Shown here: positions 37,693-48,912 of the stretch, in pieces
How positions within the stretch are numbered: position 1 is the first letter of the stretch
Layout: each line of letters begins with the position of its first letter
The notes under the pieces: generated by a model
What the model was told of the DNA's origin: nothing
Database searches by the model: none
Seen by the model: the letters and a program-made list of their open reading frames with translations, nothing else
Made by a program: the position numbers and the translations under genes
Virus record (IMG/VR): IMGVR_UViG_3300042691_016049
Span: 4,538-68,537 of that record
DNA: 64,000 nt
Reading direction: 5' to 3' (one strand)
From: a virus

Positions 37693-39573
37693 ATGAAATA
37701 TATCCTCTCACTTATTATCGGCGGAGCCTTGGTTGTTTCTGGTTTCGGGCAAACACGAAATGTTTTGGTTGGAACCAACAACACGGTGGTTCAACCAACC
37801 AATTTTTGGAGCGCCGATGCTTCTAATGCTCGTTCTGGTCTTGGTCTTGGAAGCGCAGCCACCAATCCCACAACAGCATTCCAGCCAGCTTCTTCGGCGT
37901 TGACAAATCTTTCCACCAACAATGGCGGCTCATTGATCAATTTACAGGCCACAAATTTGGTTGGAATAATCCCCGCCTCTAATATTTCTACTGTAAATTT
38001 TACCAATATTTCTGGAACACTTGCGTTAACTTCGGGTGGAACTGGAGCCACCAACGCCGCAACAGCAAGAACAAATCTTGGATTGGGAGAAACAAACAGT
38101 CCAACTTTCAAAAAGATAGTACTAAATCCTTTTGCTTCTGGCGCTCTTGGATTGCAATTTGGAACAAATGACACTGGTTTATATGTTGGCGGCTCTTATG
38201 ATCAAATTAGTTTTCGTGCAAGTGGCACTAATTTATTTACCGCTAATAGTGGTTTTGGAATATTAAATTTTGATGTTGCCCCAACATTTACATTACCAGA
38301 TATAACGAGAACAAATCTTGGGCTTGGATGGTCAGCACTAACAAATACAAATTCTGGAACTGGCCTTGTTTCTGTCAACACCAATGGAGATGTGGTAAGT
38401 CCGACCAATTTCTGGCAAGGAGCGCCGATTGCCACCACTGTCCAATATCAGACCAATATTACTGGAACATCAACAAATTCCGCAACAAATAGCCGCAATC
38501 TTTTCCTGTTCAGTCTTTCTGCTTCGGTATCTGGGGTTACCAATACGGTGACATTACCCACGAACCCCGCAACCACATTTGAAGGAGATAGGGCAACTAT
38601 TACCCATTTGGCCCAAACAACCAATGCGGTAACAGCCATTAGGCAATTGGGCGCAGCAACCAATCTAATTACTCTCAACCAACTTGATGAAACGGTTTTG
38701 TTGATATATCGCAGCGGAGCATGGAGACTGGCCGATAACATCTCCTACATTGAGCCTATCTATTTTTCAGGAACCAATGCATCAGCCAATGCGGCGGCGA
38801 GCAGAACTAATTTGGGAATTGGCGCAACTTGGCTCACCAACACAAACGTCACAAATTTCCGCACGGCTATTGGGTTGGGTTCTGCCAATGGCGTTTCCTT
38901 TGCGACTGTTTCTGCACAAGAAATTTACGACAGTGTTGGAAACAGGGCCATTGATTTGGAAAATTTTATTTTAAGTGTTGGAACAACTTCCGCTCTTGAG
39001 TGGGCAACAAATCAAGTTCAAGTCAATGTTCCAATTCTGTTTAACGGAATCAATACCGCTGCAACCACACGCACCAACCTCGGCCTCGGTGAAACAAGTG
39101 AGCCAGAATTTCAAGCCATATTGTTAACAGAAGGCACAAACACATTCACACTAAGTGCTAGTGCTGGAGTCAATCGAACCAACCTCGGCCTTGGAGGAAC
39201 AAATGCTGTTACGTTTGGTTCTTTAATAATTAATAGCGCCTCTTTGGGTGAAGCGACGAATACATCAATCAGATTCGGAACAAACAATGTTGGTTTTTAT
39301 GCTGGTGGAGTTTCTTCTGGAAGACTAACAGCGGCTCAAGACGGAAATACAATTTGGATTATTGATGATACAAACACCATTGGATTTGGCGTTTACTATC
39401 CAATTACGTTTCAGGGCGCAGCCGCAACAACCAATGCAGCTATTACCAGAACTAATTTAGGACTTGGCAGTGGAGTTACAACTAATCTTGATATTAAACT
39501 TAATAACAATGATGGAATGAGGCTTTATTTTTCTAACGGAATCTTGACCAACGCCGCAACCCCGATTCCCTAA
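37693..39573 (+). CDS. TN-rich fibre-like protein with RTNLGLG repeats and an N-terminal signal peptide
   Basis: Seven or more (A/T)RTNLGLG-like repeats; MKYILSLIIGGALVVSGFG|Q. Confidence 0.7.
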   Translation: MKYILSLIIGGALVVSGFGQTRNVLVGTNNTVVQPTNFWSADASNARSGLGLGSAATNPTTAFQPASSALTNLSTNNGGSLINLQATNLVGIIPASNISTVNFTNISGTLALTSGGTGATNAATARTNLGLGETNSPTFKKIVLNPFASGALGLQFGTNDTGLYVGGSYDQISFRASGTNLFTANSGFGILNFDVAPTFTLPDITRTNLGLGWSALTNTNSGTGLVSVNTNGDVVSPTNFWQGAPIATTVQYQTNITGTSTNSATNSRNLFLFSLSASVSGVTNTVTLPTNPATTFEGDRATITHLAQTTNAVTAIRQLGAATNLITLNQLDETVLLIYRSGAWRLADNISYIEPIYFSGTNASANAAASRTNLGIGATWLTNTNVTNFRTAIGLGSANGVSFATVSAQEIYDSVGNRAIDLENFILSVGTTSALEWATNQVQVNVPILFNGINTAATTRTNLGLGETSEPEFQAILLTEGTNTFTLSASAGVNRTNLGLGGTNAVTFGSLIINSASLGEATNTSIRFGTNNVGFYAGGVSSGRLTAAQDGNTIWIIDDTNTIGFGVYYPITFQGAAATTNAAITRTNLGLGSGVTTNLDIKLNNNDGMRLYFSNGILTNAATPIP

Positions 39574-39941
39574 TGACCAACTACTGGAGACTTGAGAGAG
39601 ATATCGAAATCGTCCAAGGAAAAACATGGACGGCGAAGTTTCGTTATCTGACCAAGTCCTGTAAGGGAAAGTCCAATGTCCCAGTGAATCTTACGGGCTA
39701 CGGGGCAAATATGGTGATTCGTGAGTGCGCCAAAGATAGTGCTACTTTGCTCACATTGACCTCTGGAAGCGGGATTACGCTTGGAGGAACCGCTGGTACT
39801 ATCGAAATAGAAATCACCGCCACGCAGGCCGCAAACCTCACAGCAGGCGACAACGTCTACGAAATAGAACTCTACCAAGGCTATACCTACATCGCATTCG
39901 CCACTGGTAAGGCCAAGGTCTATCAGGAGATTGCCCGATGA
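39573..39941 (+). CDS. Second beta-sandwich adaptor (paralog of 37005)
   Basis: '[26 protein letters not shown]'. Confidence 0.7.
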   Translation: MTNYWRLERDIEIVQGKTWTAKFRYLTKSCKGKSNVPVNLTGYGANMVIRECAKDSATLLTLTSGSGITLGGTAGTIEIEITATQAANLTAGDNVYEIELYQGYTYIAFATGKAKVYQEIAR

Positions 39942-42900
39942 GCCAAGAAGTCATTGAGGTAACAGAGAGAGAAGTAGAGATTATTGAGATCGTGGAGCGC
40001 GGCCCTGTGGGGCCAACTGGCCCGCAACCCGATATCAACTATACTGTAGTTTCGTCTAATACGACTCTCCAAACGGCAGATCTTATTGCCGCCAATACTG
40101 CTGGTGGAAGTTTTACTCTGACACTTCCAGCCAATCCAAGTGCTGGCGATGCGGTGGACATCTTTGATTACTCCGACACATTCGATACAAATAACCTGAC
40201 CATCGCCCGAAACGGACAACCCATCGAAAGCTTGGCAGAAGATCTTATCTGCAATGTAAAAGGCGCGTATTTTACACTAATCTACACTGGAGCAACAAGA
40301 GGATGGCAAGTGTTGCCTCGCTATGGAACTTCTGGCGGCGGAGGAGAAACAGTCCTCACAACCCAAGGTGACATGCTTTATCGCGGGGTTGGGGTCAACG
40401 CCCGACTCCCAATTGGCACGGCAGGACAGGTTCTTAAAGTAAATAGCGGAGCCACCGCTCCCGAATGGGGAACCATTTCTACCGCACCAAGCGGCCCCGC
40501 AGGAGGAGACCTTACAGGAACCTATCCCAATCCCACCTTAACTACTTCAGGGGTTGGCGCGGGAACCTATACTAAAGTCACTGTAGATACCAAAGGACGA
40601 GTTACCACGGGTGCGTCCGCTACGAAATCAGACGTTGGACTTGGCAATGTGGACAATACAAGCGATGCGAATAAGCCCATCAGCACCGCTACCCAGACTG
40701 CGTTAGATCTCAAGGCCAATCTGGAATCCCCTGCGCTCACGGGAACCCCGACAGCCCCGACAGCATCTGCTGGAACAAATACTACTCAGATTGCCACTAC
40801 GGCATTTACGCTGGCAAATCGCGGAGACCGATACCTAACAACCAGCACATCGTCTCATTCTCTTACTTCTGGTTCCAAGACATTTACTGTACAGTCGGGA
40901 CTTAGCTACAGCCCGACACAAGACGTTACGATTGTCTATGATCTAGACCCCACAAATAAACATATGCATGGAGTGGTTACAAGCTACTCTGGAACAACGC
41001 TGGTAGTCAATGTGGAGGCTGTCGAAGGAACTGGTGGGCCATTTACAGCTTGGACGATCAATGTTGGCGGGCTTTTGACGGCACAAGGGGCACTTCTAGA
41101 GGTTAACAATCTCAGTGATGTGGCCAACCCCGCAACCGCACTTACAAATATCGGAGGCGTTCCGACAAGCCGAACAATTAGCGCGGGAACAGGACTCGCT
41201 GGCGGAGGCGACCTCACAGCCAATAGAACACTCGCAGTAAGCTACGGATCTTCGGCTGGCACGGCCTGCGAGGGGAATGATGCGCGATTGAGTGATGCGA
41301 GGACGCCAAGCACGCACGCCGCAAGTCACCTCGCAGGCACACCCGCCATTGCCGCCAGCTACACAGGCATCGGAGACAATGAAACTTTTTCGGAAGAAGT
41401 AACCATCACGGCCAACACCGCAGGCACGGCGGGCAACAGCATCACGCTGACCTTCGATGGCGTGGACGATGTGGATACCGTGCTGGCCGCTTGGAACACA
41501 GCCAATCCGTCAAACCAAGCAACGCGACAAGAAGGCGATGGCGGGCAAGTTCCCGAAGATGGCGACTCGCTTACGCTTTCGGGCGGGGTTGCTGGCATTG
41601 CTGGCGGAAGCGATCCGATTTACGACCAAGACCTCAACACCACCAACTCGCCAACATTTGAAAAACTAACGATCAGCAATGGCGGCACCTATTCCATCAA
41701 ATCCAACGGCACCAGCATTGCTGGGTCTGGCGCGGAATTTGAAATTGCCCCAAGCGCAGGCAATCCAATCATTGCCTCTACTGCGGCTGGAGAAGTTGTT
41801 TTTGCTGGCAGCAGCGCATTTTTTGGATTTGCTGACCGCGCAGCATCGACAGACCCGACCAAGCATGGCGGATTTTACAAAAACAACGGTGTAGTCAATT
41901 TTTGGAGCAATCCTAACCAGCAAAACATCGTTTCCATCTCGGATAATGGTGACGTTCTCATTGGCAACACAGGCTACGCAACGCCGAATGGAACGGCCTC
42001 CACCAGTTCGTGGGGCAAAAAGTTTTTGGTCGACGGCAACATCAGCACAAAAGACGCCGAAAACAACTTTGTCGCCACGTTCGAGGCGCAGGACAAACTC
42101 TCTGCCAACCGAACCTACGATCTTCCAAACGCAAACGGAACCCTTGCTCTCACAACCGACAACGCCGACCAGTTCGGCAGCGGAGTCGCAGCAGATGGCT
42201 ACGTCCTGACCGCTGACGGCGCTGGCGGGGCAGCATGGGAAGCGGCAACTGGAGGAGGCGGCGACACCGTCTCAATCGAAACAACCGCCGCAGATGTTCT
42301 TTCCGTCTCTTCGGGCGCAATTTCTGCCGATGACGCGGGCGCGGATCGGATTGTTTACTGGAACAACACCAGCAACAAGCTCGCCTACGGCACACCCTCC
42401 GATGTCGGCGCGGCGGCAAGCTCGCACACGCACTCGGACGCCACACAGTCTGTCGCTGGCTTCATGTCCACGGCGGACAAGACCAAGCTGGACGGAATTG
42501 CTTCGGGCGCGGAAGTAAACGTCAACGCCGACTGGAACGCATCGAGCGGTGACGCGCAGATTCTTAACAAACCGACCCTCGGCAACAGCGCCACACTCAA
42601 CACGGGCACAACCGCAGGCACGGTTGCCACTGGCAACCATTCCCACGAACTAACCTCCCTCGCCGCCACAGGCGCGACCAACGGCCATGTGCTGACGGCC
42701 AATGGATCGGGCGGGGTAACATTTGCGGCGGCATCTGGAGGAGGATCTGGCGGCACGAAGACCTACGCCGTCTTCACTGCCGAACACAACCAGCCGCCAT
42801 CGACCAGCTTCGCCACTCTCGACACCCGCAACAGCATCGCCGTCCTCGACTTCGATGACGCCTCGACCGAATCTGCTGTCTTCGTCGGCATCATGCCCGA

Positions 42901-43228
42901 AGGCGCATCACTCGGCAGCGGCTTGATCGTCAATCTCGACTTCATGGCAACCACGGCCACCAGCGGCAACGTGCGCTGGAGTGTCGCCTTTGAGCGTTGC
43001 ACGACCGACCTCGACAGCGATTCTTTCGACACGGCCACCGCTGCCACAGTTGCGGTTGCCTCAACCTCTGGTGTGGTCGCCGTGGGCAGCATCACTTGCA
43101 CGGCCATCGACGGCATCACGGCTGGCGACTTGTTCCGTTTGCGGGTGCAACGGCTCGGAGCAGACGCCGCAGATTCAGCCAGTGGGGACATTGAGTTGGT
43201 CGCAGTTGAGTTAAGGAGCGCGGCGTAA
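39938..43228 (+). CDS. Long mosaic tail fibre
   Basis: Collagen-like GPxGP, '[15 protein letters not shown]', '[20 protein letters not shown]' and 'DKTKLDGI' fibre motifs. Confidence 0.85.
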   Translation: MSQEVIEVTEREVEIIEIVERGPVGPTGPQPDINYTVVSSNTTLQTADLIAANTAGGSFTLTLPANPSAGDAVDIFDYSDTFDTNNLTIARNGQPIESLAEDLICNVKGAYFTLIYTGATRGWQVLPRYGTSGGGGETVLTTQGDMLYRGVGVNARLPIGTAGQVLKVNSGATAPEWGTISTAPSGPAGGDLTGTYPNPTLTTSGVGAGTYTKVTVDTKGRVTTGASATKSDVGLGNVDNTSDANKPISTATQTALDLKANLESPALTGTPTAPTASAGTNTTQIATTAFTLANRGDRYLTTSTSSHSLTSGSKTFTVQSGLSYSPTQDVTIVYDLDPTNKHMHGVVTSYSGTTLVVNVEAVEGTGGPFTAWTINVGGLLTAQGALLEVNNLSDVANPATALTNIGGVPTSRTISAGTGLAGGGDLTANRTLAVSYGSSAGTACEGNDARLSDARTPSTHAASHLAGTPAIAASYTGIGDNETFSEEVTITANTAGTAGNSITLTFDGVDDVDTVLAAWNTANPSNQATRQEGDGGQVPEDGDSLTLSGGVAGIAGGSDPIYDQDLNTTNSPTFEKLTISNGGTYSIKSNGTSIAGSGAEFEIAPSAGNPIIASTAAGEVVFAGSSAFFGFADRAASTDPTKHGGFYKNNGVVNFWSNPNQQNIVSISDNGDVLIGNTGYATPNGTASTSSWGKKFLVDGNISTKDAENNFVATFEAQDKLSANRTYDLPNANGTLALTTDNADQFGSGVAADGYVLTADGAGGAAWEAATGGGGDTVSIETTAADVLSVSSGAISADDAGADRIVYWNNTSNKLAYGTPSDVGAAASSHTHSDATQSVAGFMSTADKTKLDGIASGAEVNVNADWNASSGDAQILNKPTLGNSATLNTGTTAGTVATGNHSHELTSLAATGATNGHVLTANGSGGVTFAAASGGGSGGTKTYAVFTAEHNQPPSTSFATLDTRNSIAVLDFDDASTESAVFVGIMPEGASLGSGLIVNLDFMATTATSGNVRWSVAFERCTTDLDSDSFDTATAATVAVASTSGVVAVGSITCTAIDGITAGDLFRLRVQRLGADAADSASGDIELVAVELRSAA

Positions 43229-43896
43229 TGGCTTACAATTTTACAGCCGCGAGCAGTCAGTATTTGTCCACAGCTTCCACGCCTGTGACCAGTATGCCAT
43301 TAACAATCGCTGCATGGTTTAATTCTAATGTATCAACAGCGCAAAGAGTCATTGCTCAAATAGGAAACACGGCTCTGGCTGGCGGAGAAGTGTATCGTCT
43401 TGTTATACCCTCAGGCGCTCAAGTTTTGCGGGCCATTTCATTAAGCGGAGGCGGATTTGGCGGAGCAACAACTTCCGTTCAAGCCGAGACAGCCTCGGGA
43501 ACGGTAAGCAATCAAGTGTGGAATCATGGCGCTGGAGTATTTGAATCCACTACCTCAAGAACAGTATATTTGAATCACTCAACGTCTGCTTCAAATACCA
43601 CATCATACTCGCCTCCCACTGTTGCCAACATCCATATAGGCGCAAACCTTACGAATAACACATCAGCGGCAGCGACTTGGTCTGGATTATTGGCCGAAGT
43701 CGGGGTCTGGTCAGCCGCCCTCACCGCCGATGAGATTAAGTCACTTTCGGCTGGCATGACCTGCGACAAGGTGCGTCCGCAGTCTCTTGTCTTCTACGCG
43801 CCCTTAATCCGCGACCTCCAAGATGTGCGCGGCGGCTTGACCATCGCCAACAACAACAGCGCGACAGTCGCCAACCATCCCCGCGTTTATGCCTAA
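43228..43896 (+). CDS. LamG/concanavalin-A-like lectin domain protein
   Basis: 'LTIAAWF', 'WNHGAG', 'IHIGA' and 'EVGVWSAALT..EI'. Confidence 0.75.
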   Translation: MAYNFTAASSQYLSTASTPVTSMPLTIAAWFNSNVSTAQRVIAQIGNTALAGGEVYRLVIPSGAQVLRAISLSGGGFGGATTSVQAETASGTVSNQVWNHGAGVFESTTSRTVYLNHSTSASNTTSYSPPTVANIHIGANLTNNTSAAATWSGLLAEVGVWSAALTADEIKSLSAGMTCDKVRPQSLVFYAPLIRDLQDVRGGLTIANNNSATVANHPRVYA

Positions 43897-44335
43897 TCTC
43901 TACTACCGAATCAGCGACCCCAACGATGTCCGCGACCTTGGCGAGCAGATGGCCTCGTGGCAGCTTGCCGACAATCCCAAGCGTTTTGATTGGGCTGTAG
44001 TCCCCGAACCGCCGTCACCAAATGCCGTGTGGCAGGATGGGGCTTGGAGTGTGCCGCCTGTGGCGACGATGACCGCAGAAGAGGCTGTCAGCCAATACTT
44101 CTCTCCCTACCAGACGCTCGCCCTCCAGCGTTTTGAGATGGCATTGCTCCAAGCAGGCAGGCCCCTCGGCGCGAAAATGACCGCCTGCAAGACATGGCTG
44201 GAATCCGTGATGCTGGGCTGGGCGATGAATCCAACGCCCGCGCCTGCGGCCAACTTCGGAAGCCCTGCGGCATCGTTTGAAGAGGCTTCAAGCGAAGCGG
44301 TTCAGGATCTCAACAGCCCGAACCCCGAACCCTGA
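43889..44335 (+). CDS. Hypothetical fibre-associated protein
   Basis: Overlap-coupled ORF in the fibre module. Confidence 0.55.
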   Translation: MPNLYYRISDPNDVRDLGEQMASWQLADNPKRFDWAVVPEPPSPNAVWQDGAWSVPPVATMTAEEAVSQYFSPYQTLALQRFEMALLQAGRPLGAKMTACKTWLESVMLGWAMNPTPAPAANFGSPAASFEEASSEAVQDLNSPNPEP

Positions 44336-44390
44336 AACCCCGAAACATAATAGTCGCCTAGAACCCCGAATCCAAATATACTAAATAGAA

Positions 44391-44621
44391 ATGGCCTTAC
44401 TCTCCGCATATTACCCCCAGCCCGTAGTGGCAGGAACCACCGCAGGAACCTATGCGGAAGGTAATGATAGCCGTATTGTTGGGGCGGCACAGAAGGTTGG
44501 GGGTTCAGATATAGAGATTACCGATGCTTCCAAGGGTATTATTTTTCGGGATTCTAATGGAGTCCGTCACAGATACAGGGCTGGAACTGAAGGACAACTT
44601 ATAGAGGAAATTGTGCCATGA
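44391..44621 (+). CDS. Small fibre-module protein
   Basis: 'GTTAGTYAEGNDSRI' motif shared with the long fibre. Confidence 0.6.
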   Translation: MALLSAYYPQPVVAGTTAGTYAEGNDSRIVGAAQKVGGSDIEITDASKGIIFRDSNGVRHRYRAGTEGQLIEEIVP

Positions 44622-46234
44622 AATATTTTCTAATTATTTTACTTGCTTTAGTTTCGGCGTCTTACGGACAGAAGCAAACTGTCATGGTTAACACAAATGG
44701 TGGAGTTGTTTTTCCAACAAATTTTTGGCAACAGGCTCCAATTTCCACAAATGTTCAGGAGTTTATTGGAACCAATGCTTTTGGACAAACCAATGGATTT
44801 CTTCAATTTGTTACCCGCCGTCACGATGTTACTTATCCACAGCAAACCAGTTGGACTCCAATACCAGACACTTATGCTGGAGTGACACCACAAGGCAGGC
44901 TTTGGTTGGCAAATTCCGATCCAACAACTAATAATTCCGTTTCTTTAGCTGTCTTTAGCAATGTTTTTAATCTTTCGCAGCAGACAAATTTAATAATAAC
45001 AAACGCCAATGCCGCACATGGAGGTTATAGATATAATTCTGAACGCAATGTCATGTATGCTAGTGGCAGGAATGACCGAGTTATTGGAATTAATCCGACC
45101 AATTATTCTGTAAGTATTATTTCAACAAATGCTGGAGCCCAGCATAGACCAGCTTTGATAGTTGGTGCATTTATGTATGTCTCTAAAGGTGGTGCCCCTT
45201 CATCAGAGGCTATTAGTAAAATCAATTTAACCAATGATGTACAAGTAGATGTTGTTACCGTAGCGCCCACAAATGCTAATACGGCTGCAATCTATCGCAT
45301 GGAAACCAATCCCGCTGGAACAATTTTGGCGGGAGCAATGACGGGACTAAGTGGATCTAATTCTGTTTTTTGGACAATTGCACTTTCAAACTTTTCAGCA
45401 ACCAGAACCTCAACAACCAATTTGATTTATAATGTTATTGGTGTAAATGAAAATTACGCATTTGTTTCTGGCAATCCTAGTGGGGCTTATAATTTAACTA
45501 ACCATGATTTTATAAATATGGGTAATTTTTCGTATAGCGGAGTTTATAGCACAAATGGCAATGTGTATTTTTTTGGAGATGGTGAAATTTATCAATATAA
45601 TTTAAACAATTCAAATAAAACCACTTATTACACGGGAAAATTTGGAGCAACCGATAGATTGCAAGGAATGGCAGAAATTGACGGAAAAATTATTGCAATA
45701 GATGGAAAAACAAATATTTACGAATTGCAATTTATACCATCGGTTTCTTCTCAAGAAATGAATATTAGCAATGTGGTTGATGGTGCATCATTGCCACTCG
45801 TGACCAATGTTTCTATTTCCAACAATTATCCGTTGTTGAATACCAATAGGAATGCCTATTATGAAATTAATCCGCTAGAAACAAATAGAAATGTTTTAAA
45901 CACATCATTAATGGAACAAGGAAATCAAACAATATTTCCAAATGGATACCAATTTACAATTCGTAACAACAGCACTTCTAACAACATTAATTTTTTAAGA
46001 TTTCAAGGAAGCACTATTACAACGATTCCTCCCCAACAATCAAAAACGTGGGTATTGGTAAACCCAGCATCTACAACATTCACTAATAGGTGGAAACAAA
46101 TTTACAGTCGCGAAGAAATGGGACTTGGCGGCGGTCTGTCAACTAACCGTGTTTTTGTTTCTTATAATGGAACCAATTACACCACTAATACCGTTACCAT
46201 AAGCAATGGGATTATTACGGGATGGACGCAATAG
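44618..46234 (+). CDS. AT-rich Asn/Thr-rich beta-propeller-like adhesin with signal peptide
   Basis: MKYFLIILLALVSASYG|Q; shares 'VV.PTNFWQ.API.T.VQ' and C-terminal 'SNGI.T' with 37693. Confidence 0.6.
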   Translation: MKYFLIILLALVSASYGQKQTVMVNTNGGVVFPTNFWQQAPISTNVQEFIGTNAFGQTNGFLQFVTRRHDVTYPQQTSWTPIPDTYAGVTPQGRLWLANSDPTTNNSVSLAVFSNVFNLSQQTNLIITNANAAHGGYRYNSERNVMYASGRNDRVIGINPTNYSVSIISTNAGAQHRPALIVGAFMYVSKGGAPSSEAISKINLTNDVQVDVVTVAPTNANTAAIYRMETNPAGTILAGAMTGLSGSNSVFWTIALSNFSATRTSTTNLIYNVIGVNENYAFVSGNPSGAYNLTNHDFINMGNFSYSGVYSTNGNVYFFGDGEIYQYNLNNSNKTTYYTGKFGATDRLQGMAEIDGKIIAIDGKTNIYELQFIPSVSSQEMNISNVVDGASLPLVTNVSISNNYPLLNTNRNAYYEINPLETNRNVLNTSLMEQGNQTIFPNGYQFTIRNNSTSNNINFLRFQGSTITTIPPQQSKTWVLVNPASTTFTNRWKQIYSREEMGLGGGLSTNRVFVSYNGTNYTTNTVTISNGIITGWTQ

Positions 46235-46277
46235 TCTTTGACTTAAATCCCGAAACAATTTAACCTACTTATTATTA

Positions 46278-48548
46278 ATGGCTAATCAAGACGGAAACGC
46301 GCAACTGGAAAACCTGACTGAGGTAGGATCTCCACCGAAAAAACGCATCAAATCATCCGATAGCCTTGTTGCAATCGCTAACAAGTATATCGAACAAGAT
46401 GAGGATGCGGCGTATCTTCGGGCGCGGGCGCAAGCCTTGGTCAACGGCGAGGCCCCCTACGATGCAGAAGAACTGAAGTCCAAGGGACTGACCCATGTGG
46501 TCAATGCCAACTTCGGGGAAGCCAATGCCATCATGGAAGCCGCCTTGGCCCCGTATATCGAACTCCAAAACGGGGTGCCGCGCATTGCCAACGTAGTCAT
46601 GGACTCCTATCAAGGAGACTCCAATGAAGACTCCGAGATCATCTCTGAAGAATTTGACTGGATGCTCAAAGAATGGAGCGACCATGCCTATAATATGCAA
46701 CTTCTTTCCCGTGAGTTTGTGGGTGACGGGGTTGGGGTTGCCATGTGGCCTGACGAACGCTCCATCTTCTGGGAACCTTGCGGACTCAAGGATTTTAAGG
46801 TAGCTCGCGATACCAAGGTATCAGATGAATCTATTGAAGTAGCTATCGTCCAACGCTCCATGAGCGTAAGCGAGCTTTATCGATACATCCGCAATCCTAA
46901 AGCCGCGAAAGAACTTGGCTGGAATCTCAATGCGGTCAAGCAGGCCATTTGGAAAGCCTCGACCAAGCGGGATCAGTGGAAGAACTACACCGCCCACTGG
47001 GAAGATTTTGAACGCGAGATTAAAGAGAATGACCTCTATGCTGGGGAATCTGCCTACCACCGCGCACAGCTAATCTATGGCTACAACCGTGAATTCGACG
47101 GCAAATTTACCCAGCTTATTGGTTCCCGTGATTCTTCGGACTTCCTCTACGAGCGTTATTCCCGCTATGGAAATGTGAACCAGTGCTTTGTCATCTTCAC
47201 CTACGGAGTGGGACAGGGAACATTCCACACGATTCGCGGACTCAAGCAAAAGATCTACAATCAGATCCAGATTTCTAACAGGGTTCTTTGTCAGTCGGCC
47301 CAAGCCGCCATCACGGCAGGACTTATTCAATTACAGGGTGACGCCGAGGCCATCCAAGACTTTCAATACATTGAGGTCGGGCCTTATACATTCATCCCCA
47401 GCGGATTGACCCCGATCCAACTTCAGCCTCCTTCGATTGCTACTCAGGGTCTTCCTGTTTACAATCTTATGAGCCAAGTATTACAGAACAACACTGGAAG
47501 CTATCGCTCGCGTCAGGCCACTCCAGATGGACAGGCCCGCTCTGCCACAGAAGTTGTTCAGCAGGCTCGCCAAGAATCCACCCTCAACGCCGCAGCACTG
47601 GAACTTTTCTACACTCCGTATAACAAGCTTCTGACCGAACAATACCGCAGAGCCGTCAATCCCCTCCTTACCGCTAATGATAGGGGTGGGCAACTCGCCC
47701 TTGAGTTCCGCCGCCGTTGTGCGCGTCGAGGAGTTTCTATTGAGCGTATGCGCCAGTTTCTTAAAGTCACGGCTTTCCGCGCCATGGGCGATGGAAGTCC
47801 CGTAATGACCGAGATGGCAAGTAAGCAACTCATGGAACTCTATTCCTTGATGGACGAGAAGGGTAAGGAAAATACTCTACGCTCCGTCATTGCGGGAATC
47901 TCTGGTGTGGGTTGGCAGAAGGTTAACCTCTTCGTTTCCGACAAAGGCCCGCGCCGTGTGGTTGATTTTGACATCGCCAACCTTGAGAACGGCAACCTCC
48001 GTCAGGGTATTCAGCAGATGGTTCACGATAGCCAGAACCACGCGGTTCACATTGAGGCCCATATCCCGATGATTGCCGAGATCATTGAAGCCCATCGCCA
48101 GCAGCAAATGACCGATGAGCAGGCGATGCAGATCCTTCGTCCTGCCGCAGACCATGTGACCGAACACCTTGTTCTATTCTCCAACAATAGCTTTAGGGCG
48201 CAGGAAGTCCGAGAGCTTCGTCGCCAACTCCAAAACCTCACTGCCTACATTGACGAGCTAGAGCAACAGGTGATCAACCGCATGATGGCACAGCAGAGCC
48301 AAGCACAAGAGGCTGCAATGCAAGCTCCGCAGGGACAGATTGATCCACGCACCGAAATGGAACTCCAGAAGGCCCAATTGAAGCTTGCAGAAATGCAAGA
48401 AAAGCGGATGATGAACCAAGAAACCCATCAGCAAAAGATGGAAACCATCCGTCAGCAAATGGCACTCAATGATCTAAAGACACGCAGTTCTATTTTAGAG
48501 AAGACGGCAAGACCCGCAGGCCGACCACCGCTTGCAGCAACAGCGTAA
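46278..48548 (+). CDS. Portal protein
   Basis: 756 aa upstream of scaffold and capsid; 'RSATEV' motif; Gln-rich coiled C-terminus; promoter TTGACT-17-TAACCT. Confidence 0.75.
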   Translation: MANQDGNAQLENLTEVGSPPKKRIKSSDSLVAIANKYIEQDEDAAYLRARAQALVNGEAPYDAEELKSKGLTHVVNANFGEANAIMEAALAPYIELQNGVPRIANVVMDSYQGDSNEDSEIISEEFDWMLKEWSDHAYNMQLLSREFVGDGVGVAMWPDERSIFWEPCGLKDFKVARDTKVSDESIEVAIVQRSMSVSELYRYIRNPKAAKELGWNLNAVKQAIWKASTKRDQWKNYTAHWEDFEREIKENDLYAGESAYHRAQLIYGYNREFDGKFTQLIGSRDSSDFLYERYSRYGNVNQCFVIFTYGVGQGTFHTIRGLKQKIYNQIQISNRVLCQSAQAAITAGLIQLQGDAEAIQDFQYIEVGPYTFIPSGLTPIQLQPPSIATQGLPVYNLMSQVLQNNTGSYRSRQATPDGQARSATEVVQQARQESTLNAAALELFYTPYNKLLTEQYRRAVNPLLTANDRGGQLALEFRRRCARRGVSIERMRQFLKVTAFRAMGDGSPVMTEMASKQLMELYSLMDEKGKENTLRSVIAGISGVGWQKVNLFVSDKGPRRVVDFDIANLENGNLRQGIQQMVHDSQNHAVHIEAHIPMIAEIIEAHRQQQMTDEQAMQILRPAADHVTEHLVLFSNNSFRAQEVRELRRQLQNLTAYIDELEQQVINRMMAQQSQAQEAAMQAPQGQIDPRTEMELQKAQLKLAEMQEKRMMNQETHQQKMETIRQQMALNDLKTRSSILEKTARPAGRPPLAATA

Positions 48549-48605
48549 AATTTACGACATTTATACTAGACAAAGATATAATCTGAGTATAGTTAGGATT
48601 TATTA

Positions 48606-48896
48606 ATGGAGTGGACAGATCAGGATGCCCGTGAATGGGCCAAAACTTGGGCGATGCCCAATATGCAGAAGGGGCTTAAATTTATCTCCAAACGGGTTCG
48701 CCCGAAGCGGAGTAGTAGTCCTGTCGCGCAAGGTTTCGATCTGTCGCCCGTGTTTATTAAGAGCGCGGGTTTTTATGAGGGCAGTCAAGAGGTTATGGAT
48801 CTCATTGATACCTTGGGTCAGGGTCAGGTAAATAAACCCAAATTTGACTTGCCAGAACCATTCTCCCATATAACTTCAGAAGAACAAAACCAATAA
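48606..48896 (+). CDS. Hypothetical head-module protein
   Basis: Lies between portal and scaffold. Confidence 0.65.
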   Translation: MEWTDQDAREWAKTWAMPNMQKGLKFISKRVRPKRSSSPVAQGFDLSPVFIKSAGFYEGSQEVMDLIDTLGQGQVNKPKFDLPEPFSHITSEEQNQ

Positions 48897-48912
48897 CTAA
48901 TATAATACTACC

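Noticed and set aside
37693-46234. Diversity-generating retroelement acting on fibres (many AAC codons, shared blocks)
   Set aside because: No reverse transcriptase and no TR/VR pair differing only at adenines was seen in the window.
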